From assembly GCA_964386745.1 (NCBI GenBank), contig CAYLSZ010000002.1, positions 1,717 through 65,716 of the forward strand: a stretch of DNA of 64,000 bases, read 5' to 3'. Below are positions 51,656-62,127 of the stretch, one piece after another. The notes beneath the pieces are model-generated. The model saw only the letters and a list, made by a program, of their open reading frames with translations. It ran no database searches and was not told the DNA's origin. The position numbers and the translations under genes were made by a program. The first letter of the stretch is position 1. Every line of letters begins with the position of its first letter. Source of the stretch: an uncultured Staphylococcaceae bacterium. GTDB lineage: Bacteria > Bacillota_I > Bacilli_A > RFN20 > CAG-826.

Positions 51656-53434
51656 TTATAAATTATCTAAAAAGTATAGCGATGGGAGAGCCTTTCCATC
51701 GTATGAGAATAAAGCTTGATTAGCCCAACTTGATAAAGTTGTACTATCAGCCCATCCGCTTCCTTTTACAGGAATAAAGTCTCCTCCCCAATACATGAAG
51801 CCGTAACCGTTACTATGATTATTTAATGTATTGAGCATGTCTCTCATTAAGGAAGCTTGGCCTTGAACAGAAACATCGTAACTACTATTAGCTAAATCGC
51901 TACTAAATGTATTTGAAGCATAGGTAGTTGCCTTAGTAGTAAATCCATAAGAAGTTTCAACAACCATAACTTTCTTGGTAGGGAAGTTTGATTCTAGATT
52001 CGTTAATAAAGTACCAAGTTCGCTTTCATTTGGTCTACCTTGATAATAAATGTATCCGCTGATTCCAATAATATCGTAATCGACATTTCTTAATGCATTA
52101 TAGTATTCATAATACCAATCAGTTCCGCTAAATCCTTTAGCTACGTGAACAATTGTTTGAATATCACTAAACACATCTTTAGCAGCTTCTACTCCTGCGT
52201 CAATATATCTAACCCAGTTAGCAGTTGTTGAGGTTGAATTATAGTATCCACTAATCGAACTACTTGCGTCATAACGATTAGTAACGTATCCTGGATGATC
52301 ACCTGTTAAATAAGAATAATCCGTTCCTGGCATTTGCCTAAAAAGTCCATTAGTAGTTTCATTACCAATTTGAACGTAAGCAATGTCGATTCCTGCATCT
52401 TTATAAGCTTGTAAGGTTTCTGTTGTGTAGTCAGTAATATAATTAATCATTTGTGTACTACTAGTAGCATCCGCCCAAGCTTTAGGAATGACTTGGTAAG
52501 TTGGATCAGCATAGAAGTCAGAATAATGAAGATCTATCATAATATCTAAATCATAGATATTAGCTAGTTTAGCAATCCATAAATTAGTTTCTAAATCATT
52601 TGTTCCTCCACCATAACTTACTGGTTCATCACCAATATTATAGTTATATGGATCGACAAACTCTTTAATTCTAACTGTGTTATAACCAGCTTCTTTTATG
52701 ATCTTGAAGATATTTTCTTCTTCGCCATCAGCATTATAATACTTTCCTCCATTATCATAGATTTGTTTAACATAACTTATATCTATTCCAATTGGAGTGT
52801 CATCTTTTAAGTCTGAATCAAGGGAAGTTAAAGTAATATCATCGAACCAATCACTATCATCGTTTGATTGTGAATAAGTAGATGATCTACCTCTAACGAT
52901 GTAACTTACCGAGACTCCATCACTATTAGAGAAGGTAACTGTTTCGTTAGCATCTCCTTCTAAAACAGTAATAGTAATTGAATGATTTCCATCATTAGCT
53001 TGTTCTACTAAGATTTTGCTAGTATCGTAGTCACCAATTGTTAAATCTTCTTCGGTGGTATCAGTAAATACAGGAGTTACTGTTACTGAAGATAAGATAT
53101 TAAGAATTGATAATCCACTTCCTAAAGTGATTTTTCCATTTGTTACTGGAGTTGAAGGATCATCTTCGTCTTCGTCATCTTCTCCAGTTTGATCGTCTGA
53201 ATCATCTGAATCATCTATTACTTCATCATCAGGATTATCATCATCAATTACAGTATCATCAGTAACTTGATCGTCTCCAGTTACTGGATCTTCTGTAATT
53301 TCATCATCGTCTTCTACTGGAGTAGGAGTGGGCGTAGGTGTCACCACTCCTCCAGTAGTTGAAGATGTCGATTCACATCCTACTAATGCGAATATAGATA
53401 ATAAACTTAATAATAAAATTCCTTTCTTTTTCAT
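51656..53434 (-). CDS. extracellular lipoprotein arabinogalactan endo-beta-1,4-galactanase (GH53) with an acidic linker and an extra N-terminal domain
   Basis: Lipobox ALVGC. D/E-rich linker. GH53 core (GIDISY, NTVRIK, DLHYSDFYADP..Q..PKAW, QIGNETTNG, ETSYG). Confidence 0.85.
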   Translation of the reverse strand: MKKKGILLLSLLSIFALVGCESTSSTTGGVVTPTPTPTPVEDDDEITEDPVTGDDQVTDDTVIDDDNPDDEVIDDSDDSDDQTGEDDEDEDDPSTPVTNGKITLGSGLSILNILSSVTVTPVFTDTTEEDLTIGDYDTSKILVEQANDGNHSITITVLEGDANETVTFSNSDGVSVSYIVRGRSSTYSQSNDDSDWFDDITLTSLDSDLKDDTPIGIDISYVKQIYDNGGKYYNADGEEENIFKIIKEAGYNTVRIKEFVDPYNYNIGDEPVSYGGGTNDLETNLWIAKLANIYDLDIMIDLHYSDFYADPTYQVIPKAWADATSSTQMINYITDYTTETLQAYKDAGIDIAYVQIGNETTNGLFRQMPGTDYSYLTGDHPGYVTNRYDASSSISGYYNSTSTTANWVRYIDAGVEAAKDVFSDIQTIVHVAKGFSGTDWYYEYYNALRNVDYDIIGISGYIYYQGRPNESELGTLLTNLESNFPTKKVMVVETSYGFTTKATTYASNTFSSDLANSSYDVSVQGQASLMRDMLNTLNNHSNGYGFMYWGGDFIPVKGSGWADSTTLSSWANQALFSYDGKALPSLYFLDNL

Positions 53435-53462
53435 GTTAGTTTGGTTGAATTAATAGTTTAGA

Positions 53463-56400
53463 TTAAGCGACTGTGAGAGTGAGGGTATAAATACCGAGCC
53501 AGATATATTCACTGTTATAAACAGTGGACGAACCGCCATCACTATTGATGAAATATCCATAATTATATGTACCTGTGCTGAAACTACGTGTTCCAGAGGC
53601 ACTAGAACTATAACTTGCCCAAATCTTATCACCGATTAAACTAGAAAGTTCTTCATTATAGAATCCGACAAAACCCCAAGCAGATGAATCACCATCACTA
53701 TAATGAGCTACATAATCAATGTTAATATCATCTTCAATTACTTCAAACTCAAAATATAAACCAAGATTACCAAGATCGGTTTGAGCTGAAGCAGTTCCGC
53801 CATCTAATGCAGCATATCCTTCATTGTTTAACCAGAATTGATAAGTTTCACTTACATTAGTCCATCCATAATATGTTGGGCTCCAGCTAGTGTCGTCACT
53901 ACCACCATCAAATCCACCATCATTTGTAAGGGTGGTTGAATAGACAGTGATAGTAAATGTTTGACTTTCACTTTCATTATATGTAGCAGTAACAGTTACA
54001 CTTTTTTCGGCACCATAATCAGTTAAACCTAAACTAAATTTAATTGTATTACCACTTACAGTGTAATCAGTATTTTCAGTTAAACTATCAATTGTATAAG
54101 TAACGTCCTTATTAGTAGTAAATGTTACTGAGTGAGTATCATAAACTTGAGTTTTATCAACATCAATCAACCATGGATCTTCTTGTTTATAAACAGTGAT
54201 GGTATGAGTATCAGTATTTGTTTCTTCACCCGAAGTTTTACTTGTAGCAGTGACGGTGATTGTATCCCCTGACTCAGCTTCACTACTAATTTCAATAGTA
54301 GCAGTTGTATCAGTATAAGATTTAATACTTGCTTTACTTTCACTATCGATTGTCCAACTAACATCTTTATTAGCAGTTAATGTAACTTCTTGACCAGGTT
54401 CAGCAGTTTCTGCGCCAGTAATTTCAACAGGGGTAATGTTTTTGGTTAAAGAAATGTCATCAAGATCGAACCACATTTCATCACCACTCATATCACTAAT
54501 AGTCATTTGGAAATAGTATTGGGTACCAGTTTCTAATTCAACATCGAGAGTGACATATCTATTAGAAACATCTTCTTGCCATCCTGGAATACTGCTTGTT
54601 GTAGCTACAGCTTCACCATCAGCTTTATAAATGCCAACAGTTCCAGTACCTGTACCAGTAATCATTAAACTAAATTCAAGTGTATATGTAGCACTTTCTT
54701 CAACAGTAAATCTATTAGCTTGTTGTAATTTATATGTTTCTTCTGTACTACCTGCTAAGTAACCAGAGAATGAATAATCACCTGCACTTGGGTTGTCATC
54801 CCATTTAAACGTCATGCCACTAATAGTTTCATGAGTCCAATATGTACTAATTAAACCACCGGCAGCACCAGATGTTTCAAATGAACCATCTTGAATATAG
54901 ACAGAATCATCAATTGTATATTGTTCATCATCAATAGTGATATCAACATCACTTGTCACACCACAAGCTTCACTTCTTACGCTAATTGTATGGGTAGCAG
55001 TTGATGTATTTTCACCATAAGTAGCAGTAATAGTAACGTCTTCACTAGTTACATTAACACCAGTTACTGTACATGTATTACCATCATATTCAATACTTAC
55101 ATCATTACTATTAGTAGACCATGTAACGTCTTCACTATAGTTGCTCTTTAAGGTAATAGAATCACCTTGTTGAACGTGATGCAAACCATCGATTGTAATT
55201 TGAGTATCGGTACCATCAGATTTATAGATACCAAATTCATCAAATACGGCATAAGCCCAACCACTAGATAAGTTATCTGCAGGATCAAAATAGATACCAA
55301 TTGTATATGTTGAACCTTCAGTTAAGCTAACTGTTGTTGATTGAATACCATCAGTATCGGTTGTTGAAGCATCACTAGCATTAATTCTAACTAATTCATT
55401 ATTACTAGTATCAGTGATTGCAATGTAGAGATAATCCATATAGGTAGATCCATCGCTACCAATAACGAATGAATATTCAAAATCATAGGTTGTAGTTTCA
55501 TTAACAGTAAATTCTTGAGTATAAGAATATGTGTCGGTAACGGTATTTGTATCTAAATACAAGGCAGTTCCATCGATTGTTGCCCAACCATTAGCATAGT
55601 ACCAAGGATAATCAGAATTATCTCCAACTAATGTCCAAGTTTCAGCATCGCCAACACCAGTACATTCATCTTTATAATCGAATCCACCATCTCTAATATA
55701 GTTAGTTCTAATGGTTTCAGCAGGAACTTGATATCCTTCAAGAATTTGATAGTTACTAACAAATCCCCATGGGGTAACGCCGCCTTCAGATACATACATA
55801 TCACCATCGTAAGAGATATTTAATTCGATATCGACGCTGCTGACATCTTCTCCTGTAGTAAATGTATGGTAATAAGTTTTATATGCGCCACCATAGCTTC
55901 CTGCAGTTGGAGTTAAAACATCTCCGTCAACACTAATAGAAATATTATTATAGACACCATAGGAAAGATCTATGGTGATTGTATATTGGGTATTAGCTTG
56001 TAAACCTGAAGTTAAGGTAGCTTTTAAATTAAGTACTGGAAGATCTTCTTCATCAGTAATATCATTTTCTACCCATATATTAAGAGCATATCCGCTTGTT
56101 GCGGCTGAATATGTTTCTAAGACCATTTCGCTTATTCTATTTGAATTACTTGTATCAAAATAGTTAAGGAGTTTATCTTTATCAGCAAATGTACCTGCAA
56201 CATTGAAGTTATCTAAATCAGTTAAGTTAGATGTAACAGCAATTGTAACAGTGGCGTAATTATCTTCGCCTAATGTTTCAGTTGCTTTATAAACTTTAAC
56301 GCCCATCGTAACGCCAGCTTTTAATGGAGTAATTGTAGTTCCATCGTAGCTATAGTATTCATTTTCATATGGATCAAGCATTAAAGCAACTTCAGTAACG

Positions 56401-56984
56401 CCTTCATCCCAAGTGATGTAATTACTTAAAGTAACACCGCTAGCTTGATTTTCTAAGTTGATAGTAATGATTGATGATGTAAGAGAAAAACCAAGGCCTT
56501 CTTCTTCGATAACTGTATCGCCGCCTTCATCATCTCCACCTTCGTCACTACCGCCTCCGACGTCTCCGCTGCCAACATCTTCATTATCGTCATCATCGTC
56601 ATCATCATTACCAATATCAGGATCTTCAGTTGATGTACTACCATCTTGTTCAAAAACGATAGTAATAACGTTTTCGCCAGCTACGAGGGTATAGTTCCAT
56701 TCGGTTGCACTACTTTGTGTGCCGTTAACAGAAAAAACCTTGTATCCATCATTAGGCGTAATCTTAATAACGATTGCGTCTCCTTCTTCTAAGGAAGTCG
56801 AATCATCAATTATTGTTCCATCACTAGTTGTTGCATAAGCCGAACCTTGTGAGGAATCATAACTAAGGGTTAAAGTAGCTTGTGTTTCACTAACATCATC
56901 ACAACCAGTTAAGGTAGCTACTGTTAATCCCCCAAATGTCAATGCTCCAAGTAATGTGAGCATTGGTATTTTTGATTTTTTCAT
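53463..56984 (-). CDS. giant surface lipoprotein with three (CBM-like jelly-roll plus Ig-like) modules
   Basis: 1173 aa. Lipobox TLTGC. Poly-Asp linker. Three GGFD/GSFE-initiated modules alternate with three about 55-aa Ig-like segments ending in TITV/TISV. Confidence 0.7.
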   Translation of the reverse strand: MKKSKIPMLTLLGALTFGGLTVATLTGCDDVSETQATLTLSYDSSQGSAYATTSDGTIIDDSTSLEEGDAIVIKITPNDGYKVFSVNGTQSSATEWNYTLVAGENVITIVFEQDGSTSTEDPDIGNDDDDDDDNEDVGSGDVGGGSDEGGDDEGGDTVIEEEGLGFSLTSSIITINLENQASGVTLSNYITWDEGVTEVALMLDPYENEYYSYDGTTITPLKAGVTMGVKVYKATETLGEDNYATVTIAVTSNLTDLDNFNVAGTFADKDKLLNYFDTSNSNRISEMVLETYSAATSGYALNIWVENDITDEEDLPVLNLKATLTSGLQANTQYTITIDLSYGVYNNISISVDGDVLTPTAGSYGGAYKTYYHTFTTGEDVSSVDIELNISYDGDMYVSEGGVTPWGFVSNYQILEGYQVPAETIRTNYIRDGGFDYKDECTGVGDAETWTLVGDNSDYPWYYANGWATIDGTALYLDTNTVTDTYSYTQEFTVNETTTYDFEYSFVIGSDGSTYMDYLYIAITDTSNNELVRINASDASTTDTDGIQSTTVSLTEGSTYTIGIYFDPADNLSSGWAYAVFDEFGIYKSDGTDTQITIDGLHHVQQGDSITLKSNYSEDVTWSTNSNDVSIEYDGNTCTVTGVNVTSEDVTITATYGENTSTATHTISVRSEACGVTSDVDITIDDEQYTIDDSVYIQDGSFETSGAAGGLISTYWTHETISGMTFKWDDNPSAGDYSFSGYLAGSTEETYKLQQANRFTVEESATYTLEFSLMITGTGTGTVGIYKADGEAVATTSSIPGWQEDVSNRYVTLDVELETGTQYYFQMTISDMSGDEMWFDLDDISLTKNITPVEITGAETAEPGQEVTLTANKDVSWTIDSESKASIKSYTDTTATIEISSEAESGDTITVTATSKTSGEETNTDTHTITVYKQEDPWLIDVDKTQVYDTHSVTFTTNKDVTYTIDSLTENTDYTVSGNTIKFSLGLTDYGAEKSVTVTATYNESESQTFTITVYSTTLTNDGGFDGGSDDTSWSPTYYGWTNVSETYQFWLNNEGYAALDGGTASAQTDLGNLGLYFEFEVIEDDINIDYVAHYSDGDSSAWGFVGFYNEELSSLIGDKIWASYSSSASGTRSFSTGTYNYGYFINSDGGSSTVYNSEYIWLGIYTLTLTVA

Positions 56985-57042
56985 AAAATACTCCTTTTAT
57001 TATCGATAATAATTTAAATTATTATTTCTTCCTAAATTTCGC

Positions 57043-57966
57043 TTAGCCTTTTACGGCACCCGCACTGATTCCTTGAATCATGAATCTTTGTAGCGATATA
57101 TATAAGATAACGATAGGAATAGCTTCAAGAACACATCCTGCAATGAAGATTGTAAAGACTTCATTAATAGTCGTTTCATTATCGAGCATCTTATATAAAC
57201 CGACTGCAACCGTATAATTACTTACATCCGTATTACCACCTAAAATGATTCCTGCAAGAACGAAGTCGCTCCAAGGAGTCATAAAGGCTGTTAAAGCGGT
57301 ATAAATAATAATTGGTTTAGCAATTGGAAGGAAGATTTTAAAGAATACGGTAAACATATTCGCCCCTTCGACAATTGCCGCTTCTTCTATTTCATTAGGA
57401 ATGGTATCAAAATATCCTTTAGTAACAAAGAAATTAAGACCACTCCCACAAACCCAAATAAGTAATAAGGTTAATGGTTCCCCTGTTAAGCTATATCCGA
57501 TCAAATTACCAAGAAGTTGAAGAATTAAATAGATTGCAGTCATCGACATAAAACCAGGGAACATACCTAAGATTAAGGAAATGTTCATAAGTTTTTTACG
57601 TGATTTGAATCTAAATCTTGATAATGAGAAGGCTGTTACTAACGTGAAGAACGTTGTAAGTAAACAGTTAAGAACAGCTAATACCAAGGTATTAAGTAAC
57701 CATGTTCCGTATGGACGATTACTATTTGTGAATAACTCAACATAGTTATTAAGCGTCCAACTAGTAGGAATAATATTTGAACTATTTAAAGCCGTGTTCG
57801 AATCAAAACTTCTTAAGATGACGTAAATCATTGGAAGAATCCATATAATTGCAAGTATTGCAACTAAGGCATTCACTCCGACGCTTTCAAAGAATCTTTT
57901 TCTTTTTTGCGAAGCGTATTTTTTCACCTTTTTGTCGTTTTCGTTATAGATAATTAGGTTCGCCAT
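57043..57966 (-). CDS. carbohydrate ABC transporter permease (MalG/GanQ-like)
   Basis: 307 aa. EAA loop EEAAIVEGANMFTVFFKIFLPIAKP. Confidence 0.85.
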   Translation of the reverse strand: MANLIIYNENDKKVKKYASQKRKRFFESVGVNALVAILAIIWILPMIYVILRSFDSNTALNSSNIIPTSWTLNNYVELFTNSNRPYGTWLLNTLVLAVLNCLLTTFFTLVTAFSLSRFRFKSRKKLMNISLILGMFPGFMSMTAIYLILQLLGNLIGYSLTGEPLTLLLIWVCGSGLNFFVTKGYFDTIPNEIEEAAIVEGANMFTVFFKIFLPIAKPIIIYTALTAFMTPWSDFVLAGIILGGNTDVSNYTVAVGLYKMLDNETTINEVFTIFIAGCVLEAIPIVILYISLQRFMIQGISAGAVKG

Positions 57967-59690
57967 TATCTAAACTCCTCTTCAGATTGATACGCGCTCG
58001 ACTTCCTAAATATAACGAGTGATATCGTGGCTGAGACGATAAACATAATGATACCGATCGCACTACCTAAGTTATATTCACTATTCATAATCGTGAGTTT
58101 ATATAACCAAGTAATCATAATATCGGTGCTTTGGACGTATCCGCCTCCAGCTCCAACCAGTAAGTAAATAACGTTGAAGTTATTGATATTACTGACAAAT
58201 GACGAGATCAGCATTGGTGTCGTCATAAAGAAGATATATGGGAAGGTGATTTTACAGAATTGTTGCCACTTACTAGCGCCTTCAATTTCTGCTGCTTCGT
58301 AGTTATCTTTAGGAATATTAAGTAATAATCCTGAGATAAGAAGCATGTTATAAGGGATACCAACCCACATATTGATTACAATAATTAAGAATTTTGCCCA
58401 ATATTCGTTTGTCCAGAAATTGATCGTTTCAAGTCCAGCTTCCGCTAGCCACGTATTGACCGGACCAACTGTCGAAAATAAAGAGTTCATCAGTTTCAGC
58501 GAGACGAATTGCGGTACCGCCATAATAATGACGAAGATACTTCTCCAAAGTGGTTTTAATTTAACAAGTTTGTTATTAAGTAAAACGGCTAAGAAGAATC
58601 CACCAAAGTAACAAGTAAATGTTGCTAAAAATGCCCAAATCATGGTCCAAGAGAAGACGCTAGCAAAATCTTTAAGGTTATCACCCATATCGAATAAGGT
58701 TCTAAACGCTTCTAGTCCAGCCCACGAAAAGGCACTTTGTCCAACGCTAGCTTTGACGTTATAGTCAGTAAATCCAACTAAAATCATAAAGACAATTGGA
58801 ATTACTGTGAACAAAATGGCACCGATAATTGGGAAAGCTAAATATATGAAGTAAGCTTTTCCACCACTTAACTCTTTAATTTCGCCTTTAGCGGTAAGTT
58901 TTTTATCATTAATTCTTAAAATCTCGTTATTTAACGTAATTCTTTGAGCACAAATATAGGCAAATATGAATAATAAGATTAATAAGATCGTAACGATAAA
59001 GTAAACTAAAACGGTTCTTCTATCACCTGAATAATCAGATAAATGGATACAGTCATAAATCGATTGTCCACCGACTAAAACCATGAATGCTATGAGTCCA
59101 ATTTCAATTAATAAATAACAAATACCTTTAACGATTTGTTTTTGAATTAATTGTGGTAAACCGATTAAGATAAACGAGCAAATTAGATTGAATTTTGTAA
59201 TTCCGCCACCATATCTATATACGGCTGCGAGCTCATTTTTATATCTTTTTACTGCTAATCCGGCATTTTTTATCTTATCTGGAAGAGCACTTTCTTTGAC
59301 GTCTTCGTTATGATTTATCTTATCGAGTCTAGAAAGCGCTCCTCTAAAATTTTGATATAAAACGATTGCAAATAAAATTACAAGTATCCAGCTAAGCCAT
59401 ATTAACCACGTGAAGTCACTAGCGACATTTCCAATAAAGAAATCGCTACAGTATACGCAATATATAATGAATACTACTTCAGCAATTAAATAGGCAAAGC
59501 CAGCACCAAAGAGTTTAGTTTCAATTCGATAGATACCATTTATGAAGAAGTTTAAGATGATCAAAACTTTATCGATTAGTTTCGATTCTTTAAAGATTGG
59601 ACCAAATTTTTTGAATGGTAAAAGAAAGTTATTGATAGCTTCGCTACATTTTTCAACAAACGGATTAACTTTCTTAATTTCTTCTTCCAT
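57966..59690 (-). CDS. carbohydrate ABC transporter permease (MalF/GanP-like) with a long N-terminal multi-TM extension
   Basis: 574 aa. EAA loop YEAAEIEGASKWQQFCKITFP. The stop overlaps the downstream ATG by 1 nt. Confidence 0.85.
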   Translation of the reverse strand: MEEEIKKVNPFVEKCSEAINNFLLPFKKFGPIFKESKLIDKVLIILNFFINGIYRIETKLFGAGFAYLIAEVVFIIYCVYCSDFFIGNVASDFTWLIWLSWILVILFAIVLYQNFRGALSRLDKINHNEDVKESALPDKIKNAGLAVKRYKNELAAVYRYGGGITKFNLICSFILIGLPQLIQKQIVKGICYLLIEIGLIAFMVLVGGQSIYDCIHLSDYSGDRRTVLVYFIVTILLILLFIFAYICAQRITLNNEILRINDKKLTAKGEIKELSGGKAYFIYLAFPIIGAILFTVIPIVFMILVGFTDYNVKASVGQSAFSWAGLEAFRTLFDMGDNLKDFASVFSWTMIWAFLATFTCYFGGFFLAVLLNNKLVKLKPLWRSIFVIIMAVPQFVSLKLMNSLFSTVGPVNTWLAEAGLETINFWTNEYWAKFLIIVINMWVGIPYNMLLISGLLLNIPKDNYEAAEIEGASKWQQFCKITFPYIFFMTTPMLISSFVSNINNFNVIYLLVGAGGGYVQSTDIMITWLYKLTIMNSEYNLGSAIGIIMFIVSATISLVIFRKSSAYQSEEEFR

Positions 59691-59695
59691 AAAAA

Positions 59696-60991
59696 TTAGC
59701 TTCTAATTGTATCTTGAGCAGTTTGTAAAATTTCTTTGACGCTATCGGTTGTATAGGAAGTTAAATCCCATAAACTTGAAGCACATTTATTCATAGCTGA
59801 CCAATAATCTGCAAAGTTACTGACAGATGGCATAACGTAGCCATAATCCATAGCTTCACTAACAACTGCGGTACAATCATTGGTATCAACAGTTCTTCTT
59901 AAAGCAGCTGTCGATGTGTAATTTGCTGAATAATAATCATCGCTTAAAACTGGGTTAACACCATTTTCAGCTCTAGCTTGTAAACAACTAATATTAGTTG
60001 ATAAATAGTAAGCAAGTTCATGAGCTAAAGCAGGATTTTTCGAATATTTATTAACACCATAAGCTTTATAACCATTGAATGGTTCAAGGGTTTTTCCATT
60101 TAATGTTGGTAAAGCAGCAACGCCAAGTTTTCCACTTAAAGCTTCGTTTCTATTTAAAACGTTGTAGTTATATGGAGTGGTAATAACTGCGTTAACGTGC
60201 ATTGACGAAGTTGTCGATGTAAATCTTGTATAGGCGTTTCCAACGATATCGTTTGTGATAATATCTTTGAAATTGCTATAGAAATAGACCAAATTGTCGA
60301 CATTTTCATCAGTAACGATGACAAAATCACTGAATTCGTTGCTTTGATTGCCATCAGTATCACGGAAAATACGTGAATCGGTTAAAAGTGATTTGATGTA
60401 ATAACCACCATTAGTATCGCTTGCATCACCTAAATCGAATAAAACGCTAGCGCCTGCTGATTTTAAGTTTTCCCAACTTGAAACATCATTTGCGGTTAAT
60501 TCATCGGTTAAATAGATGATAACATTAGTTTCAACTGCGTATGGATAGGCATACATATCACTTGTTCCATCATCAGCTGTGACAGTGAAAGCTTCGACTG
60601 CATCTTCACTTACGATACTTTGCATAACGGTTGTGAACTTATCGAGTGGATCGAGTAAGTCATTTTCGACACCGGTAAGAAGAGTATCGTTAACAAAAGC
60701 GATGACGTCACCACCTTCTCCACTAGAAGCATAGGTTTCTAAGTTAGAGATAGCACTTCCTTCTTCTTGAGCAACGAAGTTGATAGTAATTGCACCATCT
60801 AAATTTGGATACTTACTTTCGTAGTATTCAATAAAGTCGTCGCATAATTCTTCGATTAGTTCTTGGTTTTCTTCACTTTCCCAGATGGTTAAAGTATAGA
60901 CATCTGAGGATGTTTTTGTGCATGATACTAAACTAACAAGGCTAAGCAAAGTTGCGGCTGTAATTAGACCAAATTTTGAATAGCTCTTCAT
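59696..60991 (-). CDS. carbohydrate ABC transporter substrate-binding lipoprotein (CycB/GanS-like)
   Basis: 431 aa. Lipobox LVSC. Family-1 sugar SBP pattern. Confidence 0.8.
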   Translation of the reverse strand: MKSYSKFGLITAATLLSLVSLVSCTKTSSDVYTLTIWESEENQELIEELCDDFIEYYESKYPNLDGAITINFVAQEEGSAISNLETYASSGEGGDVIAFVNDTLLTGVENDLLDPLDKFTTVMQSIVSEDAVEAFTVTADDGTSDMYAYPYAVETNVIIYLTDELTANDVSSWENLKSAGASVLFDLGDASDTNGGYYIKSLLTDSRIFRDTDGNQSNEFSDFVIVTDENVDNLVYFYSNFKDIITNDIVGNAYTRFTSTTSSMHVNAVITTPYNYNVLNRNEALSGKLGVAALPTLNGKTLEPFNGYKAYGVNKYSKNPALAHELAYYLSTNISCLQARAENGVNPVLSDDYYSANYTSTAALRRTVDTNDCTAVVSEAMDYGYVMPSVSNFADYWSAMNKCASSLWDLTSYTTDSVKEILQTAQDTIRS

Positions 60992-62127
60992 TCTTTCTTT
61001 CCTCCTATAGATCTAAATATATTTAATGATTCGATTGGATGACCCATTGAATCAAATAAACCTTGGTTGGCCCATTCGTTTCCAAATGGCTTGTGTTCGT
61101 TTATATAATCCATCGCTTCTAGCGATGCCCAACTTGTTCCATCGACTTGAATCCAAGCTGGTTCCCAATAATACATTCCAAGCACGTCGTATTTTTTAAG
61201 AAGTTTATATAAATCTTTAATGAAGTTAATTTGTCCTTCGACTGTAAATGGATAATCAACTTCGTTCGTTAATACGTTTTCTTTACCTTCCTTAATAATT
61301 AATGGAAGTTCTTCTTTTTTGGTGTCGTATAGTTTCTTTTCTGAATAACAGTAACTATATTCGACGACCATCATTTCTTTGTGATATTTATTTTTGATTA
61401 AGTCGAGCGTTTTTTCTAAGTTTGCCATATCCTTATGCCAATATGGATAATATGACATTCCGAGTATGTCGTACTCGACGTGATACTTTTCAAGTAATCC
61501 TAAGTAGTGATCATAAATTTCGGTATAACCACTTCTTTCGAGATGAATAATCGTTTTAGCTTTTGGATAAATTTCTTTAGTAGCAGAGATACCGGCTTTT
61601 AAGAAGGTTGCTACGTGAGAGAAGTTTTCTTCGATGAATTTATCGCCTTCGTATAGCTTTCCAATTGGCCAAAGCATTCCGTTTGTGATTTCGTTACCAA
61701 TTTGTACGTAATCGATTTTATAACCCTTCTTTTTGAAGATTTGTAAGGTCTCTTCAGTGTAGCTATAAATCTTGTTAGCGAGTTCTACAAATCCAAGATT
61801 TTTCCATTCTTTAGGAAGAGTTTGTTTACTTGGATCGACCCAGAAATCTGAGTAATGGAAATCGAGCATAATTGACATCTTGTTGGCCTTTGCGCGACTA
61901 GCTAATTCGAGTGCTTTATCTAAGTCATTCGTTCCACCTAGATAAGGTTTTCCTTCCTCTGAATAAGGGTCAATCCATAGTCTTATGCGCATCGAATTAA
62001 AACCGTTTTTGGACAAAAACCCTGCTAATTCTACTTCTTTTTTCGAAAAGTCATAAAATTTAGCACCGAGTTCTTCTAGTTCAATTAACGAAGATATGTC
62101 ACATCCGTTTATAAATTTATTTGCCAT
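60988..62127 (-). CDS. GH53 endo-beta-1,4-galactanase, no signal peptide (predicted cytoplasmic)
   Basis: 379 aa. GCDISS, NSMRIRLW, DFHYSDFWVDPSKQTLPKEW, QIGNEITNG and EYSY motifs. Confidence 0.85.
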   Translation of the reverse strand: MANKFINGCDISSLIELEELGAKFYDFSKKEVELAGFLSKNGFNSMRIRLWIDPYSEEGKPYLGGTNDLDKALELASRAKANKMSIMLDFHYSDFWVDPSKQTLPKEWKNLGFVELANKIYSYTEETLQIFKKKGYKIDYVQIGNEITNGMLWPIGKLYEGDKFIEENFSHVATFLKAGISATKEIYPKAKTIIHLERSGYTEIYDHYLGLLEKYHVEYDILGMSYYPYWHKDMANLEKTLDLIKNKYHKEMMVVEYSYCYSEKKLYDTKKEELPLIIKEGKENVLTNEVDYPFTVEGQINFIKDLYKLLKKYDVLGMYYWEPAWIQVDGTSWASLEAMDYINEHKPFGNEWANQGLFDSMGHPIESLNIFRSIGGKKE

